A stretch of 64,000 bases of DNA from Gemmatimonadota bacterium (GTDB lineage Bacteria; Gemmatimonadota; Gemmatimonadetes; Gemmatimonadales; GWC2-71-9). The translations under genes were made by a program, and so were the position numbers. This document shows, piece by piece, positions 53,822 through 62,451 of this stretch. The notes under the pieces were generated by a model that searched no databases, had not been told where the DNA came from, and saw only the letters and a program-made list of their open reading frames with translations. Location: contig JAJCZX010000003.1 of NCBI GenBank assembly GCA_029262195.1, forward strand, positions 17,499 through 81,498, read 5' to 3'. How positions within the stretch are numbered: the first letter of the stretch is position 1; each line of letters begins with the position of its first letter.

Positions 53822-55363
53822 GTGTTGATGGCTGCACCATCAGTTGCAGAAGCAAATCATGAGTTGAAGTGGGCCAAGACGATTGATCACACGAAGTGCA
53901 TTGGTTGCCATGCGTGTACGACGGCCTGCAAGTCCGAAAACGAAGTTCCGTTGGGTGTAACTCGTACCTACGTGAAGTACGTTGACGTGGGTGTTTTCCC
54001 GCAGGCGCACCGCGCGTTTCAGGTTACTCGTTGCAACCAGTGCGAGGATGCGCCGTGTGCCAAAGCCTGTCCGACGGCCGCGATGCACAAACGCCCTGAC
54101 GGGATAGTCGACTTCGACAAATCGATTTGCATCGGCTGCAAAGCTTGTATCGCTGCGTGTCCGTACGATGCAATTTTCATTAACCCCGAGGACCACTCTG
54201 CGGAGAAGTGCAACTTTTGCGCGCATCGAATTGATGTTGGGCTGGAACCAGCATGCGTCGTCGTCTGCCCGACCGAAGCGATCATGGTTGGCGATCTAAA
54301 CGACCCGACCTCCGGTGTGGCGCGAATGGTAGATAGGGAACCCGTCACGGTGCGCCGTCCGGAGAAAGGCACCCTCCCGAAACTGTTCTACAAAGGTGCT
54401 CGCCAGGTGACGTTGGACCCGATCGCGGCAAAGCGGCCCGGTGGCGGACTTTTCATGTGGAGTGAGCAGCTTACCGGAACCCAAAGAGTTGTTTCTGGTC
54501 ATCCGGGCGAAAACAATAGTTCGGCTGCGGCGGTGCTGTCGTACGATGTTCCGCATAAAGCTCCCTGGGATTGGCGAGTGAGCCTCTATACCTGGACGAA
54601 GGGCGTTGCGGCAGGGGCTTATCTTGTGCCGCTACTGATTTTGATGATGGGTGGAATAGGACCGGACGACCCTCTCTGGGTGTGGGTCGCGCCGATCATG
54701 GCCGGAATAGGGCTCGCTCTGACCGGCGTTCTGTTGATATGGGACCTGGAACATCCCGAACGCTTTTACATGCTGTTCACACACGCCCAGTGGAGTAGCT
54801 GGTTGGTCCGCGGCGGGTTCATTATCGGCGCCTACTCTGCAGTTCTGGGTTTGCATTTTCTCGGTTCTGTGCTGGACGTGCCGGACATCCGGCGGCTTTT
54901 GATTCTACCAGGGTTCTTTTTGGCTGTGATGACTTCCGTTTACACCGCATATCTGTTCGCACAGTCCAAGGGACGGGATATGTGGCAGAACCCGCTCCTG
55001 GTACCGCACCTGCTGATACAGAGTCTAATGTTGGGTGCAGCTCTCCTGTTGGTTTTTGCCCCGCGCGGTATGTCATCAGTGACAGGGCACCTCCACTGGA
55101 TGCTTCAGATTACCATCCTGATCCACCTCGCTCTGGTAATGGGCGAGGTTTCGATGCCCCATCCCACTGCACATGCCAAACTCGCCACGCAGGAAATGAT
55201 TGCGGGTCGCTTTGGCGGGTTTTTCTGGGTCGGGATACTGATGGTTATGGTGGGACTCGCTGCTCCGTGGTTGGGAGTGGCGGTGGTGCCGTTTGTCGCT
55301 GTCGGACTTTTTGCTCACGAGCATGCCTGGGTGCAGGCCGGCCAATCTGTGCCGCTGGCCTGA
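53822..55363 (+). CDS. Fused 4x[4Fe-4S] subunit (PsrB/NrfC/SoeB-like) and NrfD-type 8-TM quinone-interacting subunit (PsrC/SoeC-like)
   Basis: Residues about 1-200 carry CIGCHACTTAC, CNQCEDAPCAKACP, CIGCKACIAACP and CNFCAHR...CVVVCP. Residues about 245-513 form eight hydrophobic helices. The reading frame is uninterrupted. Confidence 0.75.
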   Translation: MLMAAPSVAEANHELKWAKTIDHTKCIGCHACTTACKSENEVPLGVTRTYVKYVDVGVFPQAHRAFQVTRCNQCEDAPCAKACPTAAMHKRPDGIVDFDKSICIGCKACIAACPYDAIFINPEDHSAEKCNFCAHRIDVGLEPACVVVCPTEAIMVGDLNDPTSGVARMVDREPVTVRRPEKGTLPKLFYKGARQVTLDPIAAKRPGGGLFMWSEQLTGTQRVVSGHPGENNSSAAAVLSYDVPHKAPWDWRVSLYTWTKGVAAGAYLVPLLILMMGGIGPDDPLWVWVAPIMAGIGLALTGVLLIWDLEHPERFYMLFTHAQWSSWLVRGGFIIGAYSAVLGLHFLGSVLDVPDIRRLLILPGFFLAVMTSVYTAYLFAQSKGRDMWQNPLLVPHLLIQSLMLGAALLLVFAPRGMSSVTGHLHWMLQITILIHLALVMGEVSMPHPTAHAKLATQEMIAGRFGGFFWVGILMVMVGLAAPWLGVAVVPFVAVGLFAHEHAWVQAGQSVPLA

Positions 55364-55372
55364 GGGAATAAA

Positions 55373-58264
55373 ATGACTGCTAAGAAGACTGTTGGAGTAA
55401 CGAAGGAAGAAACTCAAGATCGGGGGGAGACCCACTACCCTGGTTCAAGTCGCACTTCTCTGGCCGCATACCCTCCGAAGGAACGGTGGGATGATTGGGT
55501 GGAGCTGGATTCAAAGTCGTGGCCAGAAAAAGTTGAAAAGCGATACCGGCTCGTTCCCACAACGTGTTTCAATTGTGAATCCGCCTGTGGACTCCTGGCG
55601 TACGTTGATCGGGAGACCGGGGAGATTCGCAAACTGGAAGGCAACCCCGAACACCCGGGGTCCCGCGGGCGCAATTGTGCCAAAGGGCCAGCGACCGCAA
55701 ATCAGATTCAGGACCCTGATCGAATTCTCTATCCCATGAAAAGAGCAGGTGAGCGGGGTGAAGGGAAATGGGAACGAGTCGATTGGGAAGAGGTGTTGGA
55801 CGTTGTTTCCGAAAAAATTCGCAGGGCGATTGATGAGGATCGGCACAACGAGGTCATGTATCATGTTGGTCGACCGGGCGAAGATGGATTTACCGAGAAA
55901 ATCCTTGCCGCCTGGGGAGTAGACGGCCATAATTCGCACACCAACGTTTGCTCATCTAATGCCCGGGCCGGTTATCAGTTCTGGATGGGTATGGATCGCC
56001 CGAGCCCCGACTACGGCAATGCGAAAGTCATTCTGCTGATCTCGGCTCATCTTGAGACCGGGCATTATTTCAATCCGCACGCGCAGCGGATAATGGAAGC
56101 AAAGAATAATGGCGCAAAACTGATTGTATTTGACACGCGGCTCTCGAACACAGCTACTCACGCCGACCATTGGATTTCTCCGTTCCCCGGATCTGAAGCG
56201 GCGATCTTGCTCGCGATCGCTAACTATTTGATCCAGAACAAACTCTACAATCGGACATACGTGGAACGGTGGTTCAACTGGCGGGAATTTATGGCCGCTG
56301 AACGATCGAATGTTGAGGCGACGTTCGAGAATTTTGAAAATGAACTCGTCGAGCTATATGCCGAATACACGTTTGAATTCGCGGCGGGAGAATCGGGCGT
56401 GGATGCTGATACACTCAAAGCGGTAGCTGAAGTCGTGGCTACAAGCGGTACACGGCTGGCGTCACACAACTGGCGCAGTGCCGGGGCGGGGAATGAAGGA
56501 GGCTGGCAGGTTGCTCGCACGTTGTTCTTTTTGAACGCCCTGCAGGGGGCGGTGGCAACGGAGGGTGGGACGTGTGGGAACGCGTGGAATAAATTCGTTC
56601 CCAAACCGATGATTGTGCCGCCGCATCCCGATAACTGGAATGAGCTTACCTGGCCGGTCGAGTACCCTCTTGCGATGAACGAGCTGTCGTTTCTCCTGCC
56701 ACATTTTTTGAAGTCCGGGCGGGGCAAGATCGATACGTATTTCAGTAGAGTCTACAATCCAGTGTGGACCAACCCTGATGGATTCACCTGGATCGAGATA
56801 CTGAAAGATCCAGACCTGGTAGGGCTTCACATTGCTATGACTCCCACGTGGAACGAGACGGCCTACTTTGCGGACTACGTAATACCCATGGGCCACAGTC
56901 CAGAACGACACGACCTTACGTCTTACGAAACTCAGCATGGCCAGTGGATCGGATTCCGTCAGCCCGTGTTGCGAACGCTGGCTGAAAAGGACGGTCGCAC
57001 AATAACCGATACGCGAGAGGTAAACCCGGGCGAGGTGTGGGAGGAAAACGAGTTCTGGCTTGAGTTAACCTGGCGCATTGATCCTGACGGTAGCCGGGGA
57101 ATCCGCAAACACGTTGAGTCGCGCAAGAAACCGGGCGAGCGTGTCTCCGTCGACGAGTATTATTCCTATTCGTTCGAAAACTCTGTTCCCGGACTTCCGG
57201 AGATAGCGGCCGAAGAAGGCCTTTCGGCTCTGGAGTACATGCGCAAGTACGGAGTGTTTGAAGTAAAAAAGAAGCAGGGCGAGTTGAATGAATCGGAGGT
57301 CCCCGCTTCTGAGTTAGACGACGTCGCCGAAAACGAATTCGGCAGAGTGTACACGAGAACACCGAAACCAGCCTCGCCCAACATTGCGCCGACAGGTGCT
57401 CCGGACGACGATTCGGAAGGTCGCCGAGCCGTTGGTGTCCGAGTAGATGGCAAAGTTCTAAAAGGTTTCCCAACTCCAAGCGGATTATTGGAATTCTATT
57501 CTCCAACGCTCGCTCGCTGGGGTTGGGGTGAAGCAGCTATTCCGACATACATGAAGAGTCATGTTCATCCAGACAACCTTGGTGATGGTCAATTCGCTCT
57601 TATATCTACCTTCCGCCTACCGGTACAGATTCATACTCGAAGTGCCAACGCTAAGTGGTTGGACGAGATAGCACACACCAACCCTCTGTGGATCAACACG
57701 GTTGATGCGGCTCGCCTCGGCTTGCGGACTGGCGACCTTGCCCGGGTGAGTACGGAGATCGGTTATTTCGTGTTGAAGACATGGGTTACAGAGGGAATTC
57801 GCCCGGGCGTTGTCGCCTGCAGCCACCACATGGGGCGCTGGAAGGTGGGAGAAGAGGGCCAGAGGCAGAACATGGCTACTGTTGATCTCCAGAACGACGG
57901 CACCAGTTGGAAGATCACTCGGAAAAAGGGTGTTGCACCGTATGAATCTTCTGATACTGATACGTCCAGGATCTGGTGGAGTGATGCCGGGGTCCATCAG
58001 AACATTACGTTTCCTGTGCATCCCGACCCGGTTTCTGGCCAGCATTGCTGGCATCAAGCTGTGCAAGTGGAAAAGGCTCATCAAGACGACGCAGCCGGCG
58101 ACATTAGTGTCGACACAGCGAAATCAATGGCGGCTTATGAAACCTGGATGGCCAAGGCTCGGACGGCTCATGACCATTCCCCGGACGGTACGCGTCGGCC
58201 CCACTGGATAATGCGGCCTCTAAAACCGGGGAAAGAACACTTCAAACTCCCACCAAAACGTTGA
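55373..58264 (+). CDS. Molybdopterin (bis-MGD) oxidoreductase catalytic subunit of the Psr/Phs/Ttr/Soe clade, without a Tat signal (SoeA-like)
   Basis: FS0 motif CFNCESAC...RNCAKG. Cys Mo-ligand region HTNVCSSNARAG. 963 aa. The N-terminus has no RRxF(L/K) twin-arginine motif and no hydrophobic h-region. Confidence 0.75.
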   Translation: MTAKKTVGVTKEETQDRGETHYPGSSRTSLAAYPPKERWDDWVELDSKSWPEKVEKRYRLVPTTCFNCESACGLLAYVDRETGEIRKLEGNPEHPGSRGRNCAKGPATANQIQDPDRILYPMKRAGERGEGKWERVDWEEVLDVVSEKIRRAIDEDRHNEVMYHVGRPGEDGFTEKILAAWGVDGHNSHTNVCSSNARAGYQFWMGMDRPSPDYGNAKVILLISAHLETGHYFNPHAQRIMEAKNNGAKLIVFDTRLSNTATHADHWISPFPGSEAAILLAIANYLIQNKLYNRTYVERWFNWREFMAAERSNVEATFENFENELVELYAEYTFEFAAGESGVDADTLKAVAEVVATSGTRLASHNWRSAGAGNEGGWQVARTLFFLNALQGAVATEGGTCGNAWNKFVPKPMIVPPHPDNWNELTWPVEYPLAMNELSFLLPHFLKSGRGKIDTYFSRVYNPVWTNPDGFTWIEILKDPDLVGLHIAMTPTWNETAYFADYVIPMGHSPERHDLTSYETQHGQWIGFRQPVLRTLAEKDGRTITDTREVNPGEVWEENEFWLELTWRIDPDGSRGIRKHVESRKKPGERVSVDEYYSYSFENSVPGLPEIAAEEGLSALEYMRKYGVFEVKKKQGELNESEVPASELDDVAENEFGRVYTRTPKPASPNIAPTGAPDDDSEGRRAVGVRVDGKVLKGFPTPSGLLEFYSPTLARWGWGEAAIPTYMKSHVHPDNLGDGQFALISTFRLPVQIHTRSANAKWLDEIAHTNPLWINTVDAARLGLRTGDLARVSTEIGYFVLKTWVTEGIRPGVVACSHHMGRWKVGEEGQRQNMATVDLQNDGTSWKITRKKGVAPYESSDTDTSRIWWSDAGVHQNITFPVHPDPVSGQHCWHQAVQVEKAHQDDAAGDISVDTAKSMAAYETWMAKARTAHDHSPDGTRRPHWIMRPLKPGKEHFKLPPKR

Positions 58265-58462
58265 CCGGTCGTCGTTGATTTGCGCGTTGGGCTCCAGCGA
58301 CCGTATTCTAGTTTGAACCGATAGCTCCGGGGCTCGGGGACGTAGGTTGGTTGGGTTTGGGCGTGAGCAGAAACTGGTGTCGGAAGGCCGACAACGATGA
58401 CGCGCGCGAATCGTTAGCCTCAGACGATACTTGAGCACCTTTTCCGTAAGTGAAACAAAGAA

Positions 58463-61015
58463 ATGACTAATCGCTCTCGATTCCTGTTTGTGACAATAGC
58501 AGCGGCTGTGTCCCTTGGCGCCGTCCGCGCAGACTCGTTGAAAGCCCAGGACTCCGTCACCGTTGTAGCCGGACCCGACTATGAATCGGGTCGGCTTAAC
58601 CGATGGCTTTTCGGAAGCTCTTACCGAGATCTGTGGACAACACCGATTACCGTGCCTTACCTGGATGTCACCGGTTATGCCGGAGGACTGACCCCGGTGC
58701 GGACGGGGGGGTTCGGACAAACTACGTCCTTGCACTTTAACGGCGCCGACGGTGTCCGGTATGTTTTCCGTTCGATCGACAAAGATCTTTCTCGGCGTCT
58801 CGCAGATGAGCTCAAAGGCACGTTTGCGGAAGACATTATCCAGGATCAAACCAGCGCGTACAATCCGGTTGCAGCACTGATTACGTCCCCTCTTGTTGAG
58901 GCTGCGGGTGTTCTCGCGGCGAAGCCAGAGATATACGTTATGCCCGACGACCCGGCGCTTGGCGAGTATCGTGAGGCCTATGCGGGAATGTTGGGGTTGA
59001 TGATGGAAAACCCCGACGAGGGCGAAGACAACACCGAAGGCTTCGCCGGTTCTCGGAGGGTTTCCGGGTCCGATGCCATGTTGAGGTCAGTTGAAAACAG
59101 AATCGACACGCGGGTGGATGCGGTTGGTTTCCTTAAGGCGAGACTCCTCGATATCTATCTCGGGGATCGCGATCGACATAAAGGGCAGTGGAAATGGGCG
59201 CGGTTTGATACTCCCGAGGGTGGACGTATATGGGAGGTTGTTGCTGAGGATCGTGACCAGCCGTTCGTCAAGCAGGACGGCCTCATCCTTGGTATTGTCC
59301 GCTCATTCTTCGTGCGGAAGTTGACGAACTTCTCCGCCGATTACACCAATATGCCTGGCCTTACCTGGAACGGTTGGGACCTGGACAGGCGTTTCCTGGC
59401 GGGTCTTGAGAGAAGTGTGTGGGATTCGGTTGCGGTGGATCTCCAACGTCGCTTGACCGACGAGGTTATAGAGGATGCGTTAAGTCGTTTCCCGCCCCCG
59501 TACATGGAATTACGTGGAGACGAACTGCGACATGAGTTGAGGACAAGACGGGATAACCTGCATCTTGCCGCGACGGAGTACTACGAATTTCTGGCCGGTT
59601 GGGTCGATGTACACGGGACGGATGAAGCTGAAGTAGCCGAAATCGATAGGAACGACGACGGATCTATGGATGTTATTCTCCGGCGAGTGGGAGACGCCGC
59701 GGCCGAACCGCATTTTCGTCGTCACTTCATAAGCTCGGAAACTGGAGAGGTAAGAATACACCTCCACGGTGGCGCCGACTCCGCTGTTGTACGGGGCGAC
59801 AACGGTGCCATGAATGTGCGGGTCGTGGGTGGGGGTGGAGCAGACGTGCTAATAGATCAATCGCACGCGCGGACCAATTTTTATGATGGCGGCGGGCGTA
59901 CCACGGTGGTCCGTGGGCGGCGAACCTCGTATGACGGCCGTGATTACACCGCACCACCGTCACCCGATTTCGCCCACGAAGCGCCACCAGATTTTGAGCG
60001 TTGGTTGCGAGTTATTCCTGGTTTCAGCTTCGCGCCCGACATTGGTCTTTATGTCGGAGCAACGGTAGATCAACTCAGATATGGGTTCCGCAGATTTCCG
60101 TTCAGTTCGCGGATTGGAGTGGTGGCGGGTTTCTCTTTCGGGACCAACCAGCCCACAGTAGGCGTTTCCTATCAGAAAAGACAGGCGCTCAGAAATATTC
60201 ACATCGGGTTTGATGCTATCGTCTCTTCGTTGCATCTGGTACGGTTTCATGGCTTTGGCAACGAGACCACGATCTCGGGCCCATCGGACTTTTACGAAAC
60301 CAGGCTTACGCAATCGTCCTTTGCCGTTCCCTGGCTATTCGACCTCGCCGAAGGTGTGGAATTCGGACTCAGCCCCGTTGGCAAGATCACTGTTTCTGAC
60401 GCGGACGATATCACGCGGCTTGCTGCAGACGCTCCGTATGGGATTGGCACCTTCGGACAGGCCGGGTTGAACGCCCACCTTTCCATTGACCGTCGTGATC
60501 GACCGGTGGCAGCGTCAAAAGGCTTTTATCTTCGCGGCGAAGGCGCTTATTACCCTTCTATATTTGACGTTGTCGAATCCTTCGGGAGGATTGAAGGTGA
60601 AGCTTCGACGTATCTTAGTGCCGGGCCAGCCACGCTCGCCCTGAGAGGTGGTGGGGCAAAGGTTTGGGGGATGTTCCCGTTCCACGAAGCCGCTTATTTA
60701 GGTGGGGCTACTACTCTGCGCGGGTTTTCAGAAAACCGGTTCGCAGGAGATGCTGCCGTATACGGAAACGCCGAACTGCGCGTTCGCCTGACGACCGTGC
60801 GCATCATTTTCCCGCTCGGCTTTGGCGTGCACGGACTTGGTGATGTGGGCCGCGTGTGGTCGGATCTCGACCCGTCGGGAACGGATGATCTCCACACGGC
60901 CGTTGGTGGAGGGATCTGGTTCTCCCTCATGGGGCCAGCCAATACCTTGAGTTTCTCGGTGGCAAACAGTGACGAGAACACCTCGCTGTACATCAACGCC
61001 GGGTTCATGTTCTAA
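58463..61015 (+). CDS. Omp85 (BamA/TamA-like) family outer-membrane protein with a large uncharacterised N-terminal region
   Basis: Signal peptide. C-terminal barrel motifs (LGGATTLRGFSENRFAGDAAVYGNAELR) and a terminal aromatic ...NAGFMF. Confidence 0.65.
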   Translation: MTNRSRFLFVTIAAAVSLGAVRADSLKAQDSVTVVAGPDYESGRLNRWLFGSSYRDLWTTPITVPYLDVTGYAGGLTPVRTGGFGQTTSLHFNGADGVRYVFRSIDKDLSRRLADELKGTFAEDIIQDQTSAYNPVAALITSPLVEAAGVLAAKPEIYVMPDDPALGEYREAYAGMLGLMMENPDEGEDNTEGFAGSRRVSGSDAMLRSVENRIDTRVDAVGFLKARLLDIYLGDRDRHKGQWKWARFDTPEGGRIWEVVAEDRDQPFVKQDGLILGIVRSFFVRKLTNFSADYTNMPGLTWNGWDLDRRFLAGLERSVWDSVAVDLQRRLTDEVIEDALSRFPPPYMELRGDELRHELRTRRDNLHLAATEYYEFLAGWVDVHGTDEAEVAEIDRNDDGSMDVILRRVGDAAAEPHFRRHFISSETGEVRIHLHGGADSAVVRGDNGAMNVRVVGGGGADVLIDQSHARTNFYDGGGRTTVVRGRRTSYDGRDYTAPPSPDFAHEAPPDFERWLRVIPGFSFAPDIGLYVGATVDQLRYGFRRFPFSSRIGVVAGFSFGTNQPTVGVSYQKRQALRNIHIGFDAIVSSLHLVRFHGFGNETTISGPSDFYETRLTQSSFAVPWLFDLAEGVEFGLSPVGKITVSDADDITRLAADAPYGIGTFGQAGLNAHLSIDRRDRPVAASKGFYLRGEGAYYPSIFDVVESFGRIEGEASTYLSAGPATLALRGGGAKVWGMFPFHEAAYLGGATTLRGFSENRFAGDAAVYGNAELRVRLTTVRIIFPLGFGVHGLGDVGRVWSDLDPSGTDDLHTAVGGGIWFSLMGPANTLSFSVANSDENTSLYINAGFMF

Positions 61016-61040
61016 GGATTGACGATGGTAGGGTGTTAGG

Positions 61041-61083
61041 AAAAAAGCGCCGCTCCCGTACTGGCAGGGGCGGCGCTTTTTTT
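61041..61083. terminator. Bidirectional Rho-independent terminator
   Basis: AAAAAA, GCGCCGC (61047..61053), a 16-nt loop, GCGGCGC (61070..61076), TTTTTTT. Lies between convergent genes. Confidence 0.8.
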
Positions 61084-61116
61084 AACCCTGTGCTCAACAA
61101 GAAATCTGAGGGAGGT

Positions 61117-61968
61117 CTAGAGCATCACCTCGCCGAGCATGAACGCACCAACTATCACGAACAATACACCGAGAGTCTTCTCCAGTGTGTGTTGGGGAAT
61201 TCTTGAGCCGAGCCTGGCGCCGAGTTGGCCCCCGATAATTACTCCAGGTACGGTAAAAGTGGCGATGGAAATTGCCGTTGCGATTTCATCGCCTCCGGCG
61301 TTTGCGAAACGCACGACGTGGCCCGTCGCCGCAACTACAGCGGTTAGTGCCACAACAAATACGCTTGTGGCCACCGCGACTCGGCTGGGAACGCGGCAAC
61401 GCTGTAGAAGAAAATAGCCGTTCAGTTCTCCCAGGCCTGTTGAAATCATTCCCATAAACAGTGCTCCGATGCCTGCGATGAACCGACCCTCTCCTTTTTT
61501 TACTACCGTGTAGCAAATTTTTTCTCCATCCGCTGCAGTGAGGCATTTGGTCGGACGTTGGTTCTCCTCAGCGATAGCGTTGTCGGCTGACGCTACCTCC
61601 TGTGGACTGGGCGACCGCAGAAAACTCATAGCTACTGCGAGTAGTCCCATTCCGAGCACCACCTTTAAGATGTCCGGGTCAATGCGGCCTCCTAACCAGG
61701 TACCAACTATTGCGAGAGGGATCGTCACTACTAACAGGGCTGTGCCGAGCTTGTAGTCGATGACCTTCATTCTGATGTAGGCGGTCAAACCGCTCGCGAA
61801 GCCGAATACCTCGGTCAACAAGCCCGTGCCGATAGCCACCTCTGGCGAGACCTTCAGGCCCAGAATAAAAATTGGAGCGAAAAACGTCGCTCCTTCCACT
61901 CCACTGGCCATCGCAACGCTGGCAACAAGGATTGCGACAGGGAGCATATACCAAAATTCGAAGTTCAT
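61117..61968 (-). CDS. TauE/SafE (TSUP, DUF81) family sulfite/anion exporter
   Basis: Two-repeat polytopic membrane protein with Gly-rich helices (ASGVEGATFFAPIF..., GTGLLTEVFG). Confidence 0.7.
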   Translation of the reverse strand: MNFEFWYMLPVAILVASVAMASGVEGATFFAPIFILGLKVSPEVAIGTGLLTEVFGFASGLTAYIRMKVIDYKLGTALLVVTIPLAIVGTWLGGRIDPDILKVVLGMGLLAVAMSFLRSPSPQEVASADNAIAEENQRPTKCLTAADGEKICYTVVKKGEGRFIAGIGALFMGMISTGLGELNGYFLLQRCRVPSRVAVATSVFVVALTAVVAATGHVVRFANAGGDEIATAISIATFTVPGVIIGGQLGARLGSRIPQHTLEKTLGVLFVIVGAFMLGEVML

Positions 61969-61989
61969 TTGATTATTCCTGGGTTGAGG

Positions 61990-62406
61990 CTACGAAACCG
62001 ATTTCTTGTGGTGATCTTCAAAATCCTTGAGAACACTCCTGGCGGCACGTCGCACTGTCGACGCGACATTGTCCCCACCTTCAATCGCAAACCGTTTCTT
62101 ACCCCGGGCGCAAATCATTTCAACCGTAGTTAACCCAGGGTTCTTTCCTGTGGAAAACACGACGTTCGCGGTATAGGCGGGCAGGTGTCGCATGCGTTCT
62201 TTGTGGGAATCCAGACCGCTGACCGAGGGGCCGTGGAACACCGAGAGGAGTGTGACAGGCGCTATGTCTTCGTCCCAACCACTCTTCAACGCTGATTTTA
62301 GGTCGCATTGTCCGATTACGTGGAATTGATTGGCGGACAAAAATCGCCGGGCGAGTTCGAGTGCTTCTTCGAGGGTTTGGGTAACCTCTATCGAAGATTT
62401 ACGCAC
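61990..62406 (-). CDS. Hypothetical protein, possibly DUF302-like
   Basis: 138 aa. The pattern (S..TLEEALELARRFL...FHVIG..DL...LK, later LP...NVVF) loosely resembles DUF302. Lies 22 nt upstream of the TauE gene. Confidence 0.35.
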   Translation of the reverse strand: MRKSSIEVTQTLEEALELARRFLSANQFHVIGQCDLKSALKSGWDEDIAPVTLLSVFHGPSVSGLDSHKERMRHLPAYTANVVFSTGKNPGLTTVEMICARGKKRFAIEGGDNVASTVRRAARSVLKDFEDHHKKSVS

Positions 62407-62451
62407 GATATGGCGACACTACGGTTGATCCCCAGCGTTTCTCAGATATGG

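Noticed and set aside
55373-55520. Twin-arginine (Tat) signal on the molybdoenzyme catalytic subunit
   Set aside because: The N-terminal ~50 residues are hydrophilic and acidic. They contain no RRxF(L/K) motif and no hydrophobic h-region. I saw no better upstream in-frame start within the 9-nt gap to the preceding gene.
53822-58264. Reading the molybdoenzyme as a classical periplasmic respiratory polysulfide, thiosulfate or tetrathionate reductase
   Set aside because: This is not fully excluded, and the BCA gene order resembles ttrBCA. I disfavour it because the catalytic subunit lacks any export signal and because the genes sit at the 3' end of a cytoplasmic sulfur-oxidation operon. Phylogeny is needed to settle it.
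58220-58849. 209-aa minus-strand ORF overlapping the start of the Omp85-family gene
   Set aside because: It runs antisense to a well-supported signal-peptide-bearing ORF. Its composition is Arg/Ser/Pro-rich, which is typical of wrong-frame translation of GC-rich DNA.
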